DNA of 64,000 nt from positions 27,342,001 through 27,406,000 of the forward strand of contig OZ024743.1 of the NCBI GenBank assembly GCA_964016885.1, written 5' to 3'. Shown here one piece after another: positions 13,605 to 24,638 of this stretch. The notes under the pieces are model-generated. The model saw nothing but the letters and a program-made list of their open reading frames with translations, had not been told where the DNA came from and made no database searches. The position numbers and the translations under genes were made by a program. How positions within the stretch are numbered: the stretch's first letter is position 1; each line of letters opens with the position of its first letter. The stretch is from Eledone cirrhosa (Eukaryota).

Positions 13605-16090
13605 ACCTCCACTTCACCACCTCTATCTCCACCACCCACGTCCACTTCTTAGACTTCTCCATCGCCTTCGACCCCTCCCACCACTCCCTCGTCACCCCTG
13701 CCTTCTTCAAACCCACCGACTCCCACTCTTACCTCGACTTCACCTCTTCCCACCCCACCCACACTAAACACTCCATTCCCTATTCCCAACTTCTCAGGAT
13801 CCGCCGCCTCTGTAGCCGTGATGCTGACTTTGAATCCCAGGCCCTTTCCCTAGTCAGCCATTTCATCCGCAGAGGTTACCCCCCTCTCTCGTCCACACCG
13901 CTCTCACCCGCGCCCGTGCTGTTCCCCGCTCCACCACCCTCACCCCACGCCACCTCACACCCACCCACCGTCTCCTCTTCCCCATCACCTACCATCCCTC
14001 CACCTTACCCGTCCTCCGCACCATCCGCCGCCTCTTCCGACGCCTCCAGTCCGACCCCTCCACCTTCCACATCTTCCCAACCCCACCACTCCCCTCCTTC
14101 AAACGCGCACGCAATCTCCGCACCCTCCTCGTCCACAGCTCCCTACCCCCCAACCCACGCTCTGTTTCCCCCCCGGCTCCTTTCCCTGTTCTAGGCCCCG
14201 CTGCAACACCTGTACCCACATCACCAACACCACCACCTTCCAGGGTCCCAACGGCCACTCTCTCTCGGTCCGGCATGCCTTCCGCTGCACCACCTCCAAC
14301 CTAGTCTACTCCGTGCAGCGCGACTTATGTCGGACAGACGGGACGTCGCCTGGCGGACCGAGTCACGGAGCACCTCCAGGATATTCGTCTCGGGGGCAGT
14401 TCCCCCATCGCCCGCCACTTTGGTGGCCCTGGACATTCCGCACGCCATCTCACAGTCTGTGGCCTACTCCAGTGCCACGGAACACCCGCCAATCGCCTTA
14501 CGGTCGAACAACGAACTATCTTTATCTTACAGACCCACACTCCCCCCGGCCTGAACTCCCCACCCTTATTCCTTTAGCCTTTGACCGCCCCCCTCCCCCA
14601 CACTTATCCCCCACTAACACCACTAACACACCCCTCCTTTTCACCGCCCACCCCACAACTAACAATACTAACACCTCCACTCCACCCCTTATCTGACCAC
14701 CCTTCCCCAACTAACATACTAACATCCCTTCCCTCCCCTCTTCTCCTCCTCCCCCTCCTTATCACACGCACACACCCACCGGCACATACATACACGCGCT
14801 CACACTAAACACACACGCACCCACTTACACCACCCACCCCACACGCAACTAACATCACTAACACCCCCCAACCCCACGCACACGTACCCACACACCATCC
14901 TACACCACCAACTCTACACACCCTACCACCACTAACCCCCTTCACACCCGCATTCAACCCCTCCCCACCTCCCGTATACTAACACCCACTAACACCTCTT
15001 CATCAAACTACACACACACCAGTACACCACACTCCCTCCATAGAACCACACTCACGCTTCTCTCCCCGCTCCACCCACACCCTCGCTCCACACTCACTCA
15101 TCCCACTAACACCCCTGCTAATACACACACACACCCTCCTCACTCCAACTTTCACACCTACCCATCCTCGCCCCTTTACCATTCCACCGACTGCTGCTAT
15201 GCCCTCTGACCACCTCCCAGCACAAACAGACCACAGCACTCCCACTGCTGACCACTTCCTGTTGCGCGCGCACCCCACATCTCTCCTCTTCCGACCATCG
15301 CTTCATGGAATACACACACGCAGAAATTGACCAACAACCAATCCACTAAACATCTTCGGAATTTACCAACTTTTCAACCATCCACTTACGTAATCACCTA
15401 TATAACTCACCCACACACACACACCCCAAAACATTTTTTTTCTGCACACGCCACCTACACCCACAATACGCTTATACCCCACACACACGTGCTTTCCACC
15501 ACATATTTACACCCTCAGCCTCCTGATTCCTCTCCCCGACCCCTCTATCCACACAGGCACAGACACTCCGACCCCCCCCACACACACCTCTTCCTGAACA
15601 TGCAAACCCGTTCTTCCCCCAACCCTTACTTTCACATACACACACACACACACACACGCGCACACCTACACACACACACCACCTTCAGCCCTCCCCGCTC
15701 GGACACCCCGTCTCCCTCTCCCCACTCCACCCGCCACCACCCCTACACACCCCACACCCTTCCACCACCTGTTTACCCCCCTTTTAATTTCAGTTTATTT
15801 TGATCATGCCTTTATTTTTAAATTTATCTCATTCCTTGTATTTTGATCATGCTTTATTTTTATTTTTATCTTTATTTTTTATTTTTTCATTCGCACCGTT
15901 TCCTTTCGCTATATGTCTCTCCACCACTCCCCTACACACCCTTTGAACTCTGTTCCCACACACTTCTCACCTGAGGAAGGGCTTATGCCCGAAACGTCGT
16001 CCCCCACCAACACCCCACTCTCCAGAGCGTGAAATTAATAAACATTCGTTGTACTGCCTCTCTGTTTTGTCACTGTTCAAATTTTTCCAT
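13605..16090 (+). mobile_element. 5'-truncated Neptune-type Penelope-like element between (TA)n tracts
   Basis: Manual translation HFLDFSI...FKPTDSHSYLDFTSSHP...SIPYSQLLRIRRLCS...RGYP; CNTC...FRCTTSNLVY; TEHLQDIR...IARHF...PGLN (frameshifted, ends about 14577); C/A-rich 3' UTR. Confidence 0.85.
15968..16001 (+). ncRNA. Minimal type I hammerhead ribozyme
   Basis: CTGAGGA(15971)-A-GGGC ttat GCCC-GAAA-CGTC; same as 575 copy except the N7 position. Confidence 0.7.
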
Positions 16091-16110
16091 TATATATATA
16101 TATATATATA

Positions 16111-16323
16111 AAGAAGAAATTAAATGATCGTTAAAAGAGTTCTATATAATCATCCTGGGACCAGTATGATTTTGTATTCGAAATGCGCATAATAAAATAT
16201 ATGGAACTCTTTTAACCATCTTTTAATTTCTTCTTTGTTATATATACTCCAGTTCTACCAACTGTTGAGTGCTATTTATGTGATATATGCATAGTTTTAT
16301 TGTTATACAATATTACCTTCTAC

Positions 16324-16327
<4 letters not shown>
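16111..16327 (+). mobile_element. Hydra-type pLTR tail fragment with short 5' inversion
   Basis: gaaatgcgcataataaaata...gagtgc matches 13435-13580; 16111-16148 is inverted relative to about 16198-16235. Confidence 0.7.
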
Positions 16328-16388
<61 letters not shown>

Positions 16389-16394
<6 letters not shown>

Positions 16395-18904
16395 ATACTT
16401 GGGGACGGTCATATTTGTGTAATATTGCCAGAATTAATAACAGAACACACTCACTGTTTGGTTGGTTTTCGCTTCTCGCTGTCTTTTATATCTGCGATCT
16501 AACTTACTCGGTCCTCAATGTTGCCATTGACTGACCGACGGTCAAAAATAATACAGATACAATATAGACACAAACACATATATATAGTTTACATAATTTA
16601 CATAAATCTTTCGTTGCACATCTGCAACATCGTCAGTGGTGTTATATATTTTTTTCTCCTCCTGTTGTGTTGTATGTCTACGCCATTTTTTATTCAGTCT
16701 GTCTATATATTTATTTATTTATTTGCTTGTTTGTTTATTTTATTTTGTCTTCTTTGCGCATGCGTTTGCGTGTGTGTATAGTGTTATGTTTGCTGTGTGA
16801 CTAGTGTGTATAGTGTTGTGTCTGCTGGGTGACGAGTGTGTGTTTATGTGCTTGTTGTTATTGTGCTTGTGTATGTATTTATTTATCTTACTTTATTTTA
16901 TTTTATTTACTTATTTATACTTCTCTTAGGTCAGTGTTGTTTGTTTGGGTGTTGTTGTTGTTCCACTCATTCTTTCTGTTTAGCTTTGGTCTTCTAATTT
17001 CTATTTCACTGGCCTCTCTGATTTGCCTATCTGCTGGGTCATTCCTATATTTAGATATTATTCTAATTTCTATTTTTTCTATGTTACCGTCATGTTGTTG
17101 TCTAGCATGTTCGTATAGTACTGACCCGTTTTTTTGTCCTTTTAGTTCCCCCCAGTGTTGGTCTATCCTTTCACCTATGCTACGAGCTGTCTCACCTATG
17201 TATGTTGTTGTCATGTTTCTGCAAGTACCCTCTGTACATCTTATGCTATAGACTACGTTTCTAGTTTTACAGTTTATCCGGGGGTTCACCTTACATATGA
17301 TACATTTCCTATTGGTACAGTGGGTTTTCTTAAAAGGGTAGGTTTTGCTGATCAGGGATTTTATGGTGGTTCCTGGTTTTTCTACCACCTTTATTTTTAA
17401 GTGGGTCTTTCTCAGGGCCTTTCTACACTGGTTAGCTAATTTCCCTCCAGGGGTGGCGTCCACAAACATGACACTCTGATATCTCTGGTTGTCGTACCAT
17501 GATGTGGCCTTCCCTATCTTATGTCTAGCCCTATCTAAGCTATTCCATGATTTGCTCCTGTATAATGGGCAAATTCCTTTCATATCCAGTTCTATGAGGG
17601 TCTTATACTTTTCCATGGCTCCTTCGTATACTCTGACTCTGTCTCTTTGGTTGTAGCCAGAGAACTGCATGCGGTTGATGAAGTGTTGGATGTGTCTTTC
17701 CATTTCTGTTGGGTCGCACATGCTGGACACATTCTTCATCACTCGTACCAAATCTGCGATCAGGATATTAAACTTAGCACTACTGGACATTGCTGAGTTT
17801 TTGAGTATCAGGTATTTGGAGGCCATGGGTTTAGCATAGTGTGAGTGGAGAATTTGGGCTCTCTCGTCTATAGTGTTAATCCAGAGTTCTGTGTCTAATA
17901 CAGGTAGTCTATTGTTAGGGTGTTTGGAAGGGAAGTCGATAGTTACAGTTATACTCTGGTGTATGGAATTAGCTATCTGCTGGATACTTTCCATCGTGCT
18001 ACGTTCTAAATCAAACTTGTTAGTGCTCTCTAGTGGGGGTGTTCTTATAACTATATTGGTATCGTCTACATAACGAGAGTACATGATGAGGTCTATGGAG
18101 CTTTCATTAAGGAGATCTTTAAGTCTCCTTTCCCACCATACCATGAAAAGGTTGGCTACGTCACCAGCTATGCTGACGCCGATGGTTGCTCCCTCATTTT
18201 GGGTGTAGATTTTCTCATTGAACTTAAATATGTGGCCCTTTAGGGTAGTTTTGATACTAGCCCCTATTGCATGTGCGACCATTTTTCTTACCTGATCATT
18301 GTTTTGGGGGGTCCGTATAGCTTTGGTCCACCTAATACACCTTCCCATGGGAAATAAAGTAAGATAAATAAATACATACACAAGCACAATAACAACAAGC
18401 ACATAAACACACACTAGTCACCCAGCAAACACAACACTATACACACTAGTCACACAGCAAACATAACACTATACACACACGCAAACGCATGCGCAAAGAA
18501 GACAAAATAAAATAAACAAACAAGCAAATAAATAAATAAATATATAGACAGACTGAATAAAAAATGGCGTAGACATACAACACAACAGGAGGAGAAAAAA
18601 ATATATAACACCACTGACGATGTTGCAGATGTGCAACGAAAGATTTATGTAAATTATGTAAACTATATATATGTGTTTGTGTCTATATTGTATCTGTATT
18701 ATTTTTGACCGTCGGTCAGTCAATGGCAACATTGAGGACCGAGTAAGTTAGATCGCAGATATAAAAGACAGCGAGAAGCGAAAACCAACCAAACAGTGAG
18801 TGTGTTCTGTTATTAATTCTGGCAATATTACACAAATATGACCGTCCCCAAGTATAACAATATTTGTTTCGACACACGATTTCATATAAAAAACCTCGCT
18901 AAAC
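16389..18904 (-). mobile_element. 5'-truncated Nematis-type PLE with inverted pLTRs
   Basis: About 500-bp near-identical inverted repeats 16389-16895 / 18352-18862 flanking the RT-GIY-YIG ORF; (TA)n on both sides. Confidence 0.85.
16915..18351 (-). CDS. PLE RT (C-terminal half) + GIY-YIG endonuclease, uninterrupted but 5'-truncated
   Basis: YTQNEGATIG, RYVDD, PVLD, FVDATPGG, KVVEKPG, Cys linker, VVYSIRC...YIGETARSIGERIDQH, LYEH, EASEI...LNRKNEW. Confidence 0.85.
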   Translation of the reverse strand, partial: PMGRCIRWTKAIRTPQNNDQVRKMVAHAIGASIKTTLKGHIFKFNEKIYTQNEGATIGVSIAGDVANLFMVWWERRLKDLLNESSIDLIMYSRYVDDTNIVIRTPPLESTNKFDLERSTMESIQQIANSIHQSITVTIDFPSKHPNNRLPVLDTELWINTIDERAQILHSHYAKPMASKYLILKNSAMSSSAKFNILIADLVRVMKNVSSMCDPTEMERHIQHFINRMQFSGYNQRDRVRVYEGAMEKYKTLIELDMKGICPLYRSKSWNSLDRARHKIGKATSWYDNQRYQSVMFVDATPGGKLANQCRKALRKTHLKIKVVEKPGTTIKSLISKTYPFKKTHCTNRKCIICKVNPRINCKTRNVVYSIRCTEGTCRNMTTTYIGETARSIGERIDQHWGELKGQKNGSVLYEHARQQHDGNIEKIEIRIISKYRNDPADRQIREASEIEIRRPKLNRKNEWNNNNTQTNNTDLREV

Positions 18905-19024
18905 TATATATATATATATTAAGAGTACCAACATTTTAGTACGCTATCATCAGATAAAATACAAAATGTTTTAAATATTTGACATAACCAAGGATAATAT
19001 ACCTTAACAGTTCAAGTTATCCCT

Positions 19025-19084
<60 letters not shown>

Positions 19085-19092
<8 letters not shown>

Positions 19093-19545
19093 ATGCTTTG
19101 GGAGGGTCATGTTGACAATAAGCAACACACGCACCAGTTGCTTTCACTTCAATGTATATAAATTAATTCATAAATTTAAGAATTCATAAATTTCCGGTTG
19201 GTTGGTTGGTTCCACAACCAGACGATTGTTCATATATTGTCAAAGTTCTTTGGCCACACATTCTGTGACCACTTCAGTAACTGTGGATTCTTTTCTTTGT
19301 TTTTGTGCCTCTCCTTTTTTCTGTCCTACACCATCTTGTTTTTGTGTGTGTTGTGTGTTGTGTGTTGTGGAAACAACCAACCAACGTGAAATTTATAAAT
19401 TCTTAAATTTATAAATTTAATTTATAATAAATTGAAGTAAAAGCAACTGGTGCGTGTGTTTCTTATTGGCCACATGACCCTCCCAAAGCATAACAATATC
19501 GGTTTCAACACACGTTTTCAGATAAAGAATCTTGCTAAACAAATT
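19085..19545. mobile_element. Fold-back of Nematis-related pLTR tail
   Basis: Inverted arms about 19085-19220 / 19361-19499; tail atgaccctcccaaagcataacaata resembles 18838-18862 and 3762-3786. Confidence 0.6.
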
Positions 19546-19578
19546 CAGAAACGATATATATATATATAGAGAGAGAGA

Positions 19579-19753
19579 GTGAAATTCTGTTATAATGAAA
19601 TTCACGGGGATATAAAAAGATTTCGTTGTAACGAAAAATTCGTTATAACGAGATCAATCTAACACATCGAGCGTGTGGGCGGGGATTCATAAAAATTCAT
19701 TATACTGAAAAATTCGTTATAATGGTATTCGTTATAACGAAATTATACCTGTA
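19579..19753. mobile_element. pogo/Tigger-like MITE with repeated CGTTATAACG motifs
   Basis: Reverse-complement copy at 49306-49482; ends CTG-TA. Confidence 0.65.
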
Positions 19754-19960
19754 TATATTCATGTATACACAGTTGTTTTTAACAGGTATGAATATTTATC
19801 GGCGAGGAAAACAATTTTTAGAAAAGAACAAAACATAAACAAATAAAATAAGTGACGCCAATGAAGTATCTGGTTTGTAGTGCTGTTGAGGTGACACATA
19901 CAAGTTCATGGGCCATAGACACACACAGACACACGTATGTATATGTATGTATGTATGTAT

Positions 19961-20526
19961 GTTATCTCTTTCTCTTAATTTCGAGTATATGTTTTTGACC
20001 GGCCACCTTCCTGGTGGCAAGGTTGTAAAAGAAAAGAAATTGTCATCCTTTGAATCGCAAGAATGTTTTGCAAATTTTGAAGGAGCCAGCTATCGCAGTC
20101 ATTTGTAGACTATGAATTAGGGAACTGCGCTTTTTGTCCGCAAATCCAAGTTCAGTCATACTTTGGTCCAAGCGGGTTGGTATATAACCCATAGCTCCAA
20201 TAATGATGGGTATGAAGCTAAAGGTGTATCTTGGATACTGGATTTGTAAACTCCTCATCAATGGTCCGTAGATGTCCTCCTTCTCCTGTATTTTTCTGAC
20301 AACGTTTACATCAAGTGGGCAGCTGATCTCCACAACAGAACACGTTTTCAATGTGTGGTCCCAAACAACAATATCAGGCCGGTTGTGCTTTAATTTGGTG
20401 GCAGTTTTTATTTTCAGGTTCCACCACTATTCCTTAGTGCCATCTGTCTCAATATATTCATCCTCGTTTGTTGTTAATTTTGTTTTCCGAAGTGCGTTCC
20501 AGATGGTTCTAGCTATCCCATCGGTA
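19961..20526 (-). mobile_element. 3' fragment of R4/Dong-clade non-LTR element (restriction-like endonuclease domain)
   Basis: WWNLKIKT...HNRPDIVVWD...VVEISCP...KEDIY...PIIIGAMG...LQMTAIAGSFKICKTFL; flanked by (CATA)n on both sides. Confidence 0.85.
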
Positions 20527-20607
20527 GTATGTATGTATGTATGTATGTATGTATGTATGTATGTATGTATGTATGTATGTATGTATGTATGTATGTATGT
20601 ATGTATG
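20527..20607. repeat. (TATG)n microsatellite
   Basis: Direct reading. Confidence 0.97.
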
Positions 20608-23490
20608 CATCCTGCATCTAAGGAATGGCATCTTTTGGACTACGTCCTGGTCAGGATGCGTGACAGACAGGATGTGCAGTGTGTTCGTGTTCTTCGTGGA
20701 GCTGAGTGCTGGACGGACCACCGCCTGGTACGCGCAAAAGTGAAACTAATCACCAAACGTAAAATCCGGGCTCCTGGTGTTACCCTGCCCAAAAGATTGA
20801 ATGCTGCTCGTCTTAAGGATAAAAATGTGAAGAGGACATTGGAAGAAGAGATGCAGGCTGCAGATCTTGGTGAGGATTGGCCGACCCTTAAAAAGTCGGT
20901 TTATGATGTAGGCAGGCGTGTTCTGGGATTGGTGCAGAGAAAACATCAGGACTGGTTTAATGAGAATGATGTACATATAGAAGACTTGTTGGCTGATAAG
21001 AGGCGTGCTCTGTCACGCTACTTGACGGCAAAACCACAGGAGAGGAATACGTTGCATGAGGAGCTCAGGGATGTAAAAATCACGTGTTAGGCGGAGTCTT
21101 TCTCAGATGAAGGATCAGTGGTGGAGTGAGAAGGCTAGTGAAATACAAACTGCGTCTGATTCCAATAACACAAAGCTGTTGTACAGTCTCTTGCGTGAGG
21201 TTTATGGACCGTCTTCTTCTCTGGTGACACCGCTTCGCAGCAAGGATGGCAAAGAACTTCTTCGTGACTCACAGAGAATTCTACGAAGGTGGCGAGAGCA
21301 CTTTGATGATCTTTTGAATCAGCTGTCTGTCGTCAGTGAAGATTTCCTCAATCTCATTCCAGAAAGTCCTGTGAAAGTAGCTCTCGCAGAACCTCCGACG
21401 CTTGTGGAGGTTGCAGTGGCTATTTCGAAGCTGAACAGTGGAAGATCTCCAAGTATGGATGGCATACATGCTGAGCTCCTACAATATGGTGGTGAGAGAC
21501 TCCTGCAACATCTGCACTCTTTGTTTGGAAGGATATGGGCTAATGAATCCGTACCTGAGGACTGGAGAGATGCAGTAATGGTGGTCTTGTACACGGGAAA
21601 GGGTAACAGGAATGATTGTGGGAACTACAGAGGTATATCATTGCTTTCTGTCGTAGGGAAAGTTTTATGTAGGGTGCTTCTGGACCGTCTGCTGACACAC
21701 ATTGCAGATTGTGTTCTTCCTGAAAGTCAATCTGGTTTTCGTGCTGGACGCGGCACTACTGATATGATCTTCTCAGCTAGACAGCTCCAGGAGAAGTGCA
21801 TTGAACAAGGCTTGGATCTGTATCAGGTTTTTGTCGATCTGACAAAGGCTTTCGATACCGTCAACAGAGAGGCATTATGGAAGGTTCTCCAGAAACTTGG
21901 TTGCCCTGATAAGTTCCTTGCTTTAGTTAGGTCTTTCCATGACGACATGAAGGCTTGGGTTAATATCGGAGGTAACATGTCGGAGCCTATCTCAGTAAAA
22001 AATGGAGTGAAACAGGGGGATATCCAGCACCGACCCTGTTTGCCATATACTTTGCAATGGTTTTCTGTATTGCATTCAGGAATTGCGAGCATGGAGTTTA
22101 CATCCGATATCGAACCTCAGGCAGCATATTTAACATCAGGCGCTTTGCTGCGAAGACAAAAGTATTTACATCAATCATAAGAGACTTCTTGTATGCAGAT
22201 GAGTGCGATCTTGTAGCGCACACAGAGAGTGATATGCAGCACATTTTGAATGCATTTTCTGACGCTTGCACTGCCCTGGGTTTGACTGTCTGTCTCAAGA
22301 AAACCGTCGTCATGTACCAACCTGCCCCTAGTAAGAAGTACACTGAACAAAACATCTATGTGTATGGCAAACGACTTGGAGTGGTTGATCAGTTTGTCTA
22401 CCTGGGAAGCACTGTCAATCGATGCGGCAACCTTGACAGTGAAATCTCACTTAGGATTAGGAAAGCAAGTGATGCTTTCGGAAAGCTAGAAAGGCGACTC
22501 TGGGGTCGGCGAGACATATGCAGGAGGACAAAGGTAAGGGTGTACAGGGCATGTGTACTCTCTTGTCTTCTTTATGCCTGCGAGACCTGGGTCACATATC
22601 GACACCACCTTAAGCAATTGGAGCGTTTCCATCAGATGTGTCTCAGACGGATCCATGGCGTTCACTGGAGGGACCACATCAGTGATGTCGAGAGTTTGGA
22701 AAGCTCTATGTGTGACAGTATATAAGCTCTTGTGCTTAAGCAACGACTCCGTTGGAGTGGTCACCTTGCCAGGATGAAGGATTCTAGAATACCAAAACAA
22801 CTCTTCTATGGAGAGTTGGTTAAAGGAAAACGACCGCCACATAAACCAAAAAAGAGGTATAAGGATTCCTTGAAAGCCTCTCTGAAAGACGCTAACATCT
22901 CTGCTGATACATGGGAAAATATTGCTGCTGATCGTAATAAATGGAGAAAGACTGTATATGAGGGAAAAGTTGCCTTTGAGGCATCTCGAATCGCACACGA
23001 GAAAGTAAAGCGGGATGTGAGGAAGGGCATTGCTGTTGAACTTCCAGACGGCGAGGGTCCTCCTATGGTGCTGACATGCAGCGTCTGTGCGAGACTCTGC
23101 CTAAGCAAAGCTGGACTCGAAAGTCATCTTCGCAGTCATAAAGTAAGACCAGTGGTTGACTACCAGGCTGCTGTTGGAGATGCTACTCATCATGCTTGCC
23201 AAATATGTGGTAGAGAATGTAAATCAGCAGGAGGGCTCAAGCGACATGCAAAAGTACACGAACTCCAACCACAGCCGACTATTCCCAGTGAATGTTTTGG
23301 TTGCCGACTCTGTGCAAGACATTGTAGATCATTGGCTGGGCTAAAAAGCCACATTCGATCGCAGCACTGTTAGTTGTTATCGTGTGTGTGTGTGTGTGTG
23401 TGTGTAGATATGCTTATGTGCGTGCGTGTGTGTGTATATATATATGAATATGTATATTATTATTGTTGTTGTCGTTTTTATTATTATTGC

Positions 23491-23521
<31 letters not shown>

Positions 23522-23790
23522 GTTATTAATGTATGTGTGTGTGTGTGTATATGTGTGTGTGTATGTGTATGTATGTGTGTATGTATATATGTATGTATTT
23601 ATATATATATATATTTCTTTTTTTATTTTTTATTTATTTATTTATTATTATTATTATTTTATTTTATTTTATTTTATTTTATTTTATTTTATTTTATTTT
23701 ATTTATTTATTTATTTTTTATTTTATTTATTTATTTATTTTTTTTCTTCTCGTGCAATGGCCATACTCGATAACGAGGGGGCAGCCATCA
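20605..23790 (+). mobile_element. 5'-truncated RTE-clade LINE (APE tail, RT, three C2H2 zinc fingers), disrupted
   Basis: HPASKEWHLLDY...CWTDH, NYRGISLL, QSGFR, FVDLTKAFD, GVKQG, YADE, YLGS, RLRWSGH, 3x CxxC...HxxxH; stops/frameshifts near 21090, 22025, 22725; 3' CTCG-ataa-CGAG stem then (TGTA)n. Confidence 0.92.
23382..23745. repeat. Compound (TG)/(TTA)/(TTTTA) microsatellite within RTE 3' UTR
   Basis: Direct reading; lies between stop 23373 and conserved 3' tail. Confidence 0.9.
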
Positions 23791-23830
23791 TGTATGTATG
23801 TATGTATGTATGTATGTATGTATGTATGTA

Positions 23831-24240
23831 CGGGAGAGATGACCCCTTAGCCTTCGTCAAGGCAGAATTCTAGGAGAAGGAAAACTCTGATATAACACCT
23901 GCAACCCTGATGGTATCCAATGATGTTGACTTGTTCTTCTTTTTGGTAAATATCATCTTGGTTAAGAGAGTGGGACTGACTTTGTGCAGTGCCTTTGCTC
24001 ACTATAAAAGCTTCACGGCACAGGCATTGCTTTATATCTGGAGATCTCGCTACAGTTGTCGTCACATGGTACCATGGGCCCAGCACTGTGTCAATAATTG
24101 TCACAAGTGTAGTATTTGTACAAGAGTTTTCAAGTCGCTGGCTGCACTAAAAAGTCACACGCGTTCAGCGCATCGGTAGGGGTTCTCCTACATGGATATA
24201 AAGTAGTGGCCGTCCTCGAAAACGAGTTGGCAGCCACCAT
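23831..24240 (+). mobile_element. 3' fragment of a related RTE subfamily
   Basis: CSICTRVFKSLAALKSHTRSAH* finger; tail ggccgtcCTCGaaaaCGAGttggcagccacca(TGTA)n. Confidence 0.8.
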
Positions 24241-24333
24241 GTATGTATGTATGTATGTAAGCATGTATGTATGTATATATGTATGCATGAATTATGCATG
24301 TATGTGTATAAGTACATGTCTATAGATCTATTC

Positions 24334-24334
<1 letters not shown>

Positions 24335-24412
<78 letters not shown>
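24335..24412. repeat. (TCTA)n microsatellite
   Basis: Direct reading. Confidence 0.97.
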
Positions 24413-24413
<1 letters not shown>

Positions 24414-24638
24414 CTCTATCAGACGTGTGTAACTTCGCGGAGAAGTTTCCGTTAATTTATGTAAGAAAAAAACGTGAGTTTTTAGTTAAATTTTATATCA
24501 TTGTGTAACTTGACCACCCGTCTGAACCTTCAGGTGGTGGGTCAACTCATTTTCGCCCATACAGGGGCGGAATATCCATTTAAAAATTTTTTCTCCATCG
24601 AATCTTGGAAAAAAATATTGTAAAATTTTGATTACGTT

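Noticed and set aside
13916-15803. Pro/Thr/His-rich and Gly/Val-rich ORFs
   Set aside because: Alternative frames of the C-rich Neptune element and its UTR
9962-18414. Selenocysteine-recoding (Naiad-type) PLE
   Set aside because: Endonucleases are C-terminal and no in-frame TGA at Cys positions was seen
16518-18732. Identical 87-aa ORFs on opposite strands
   Set aside because: Consequence of the inverted pLTR; low complexity, no domain
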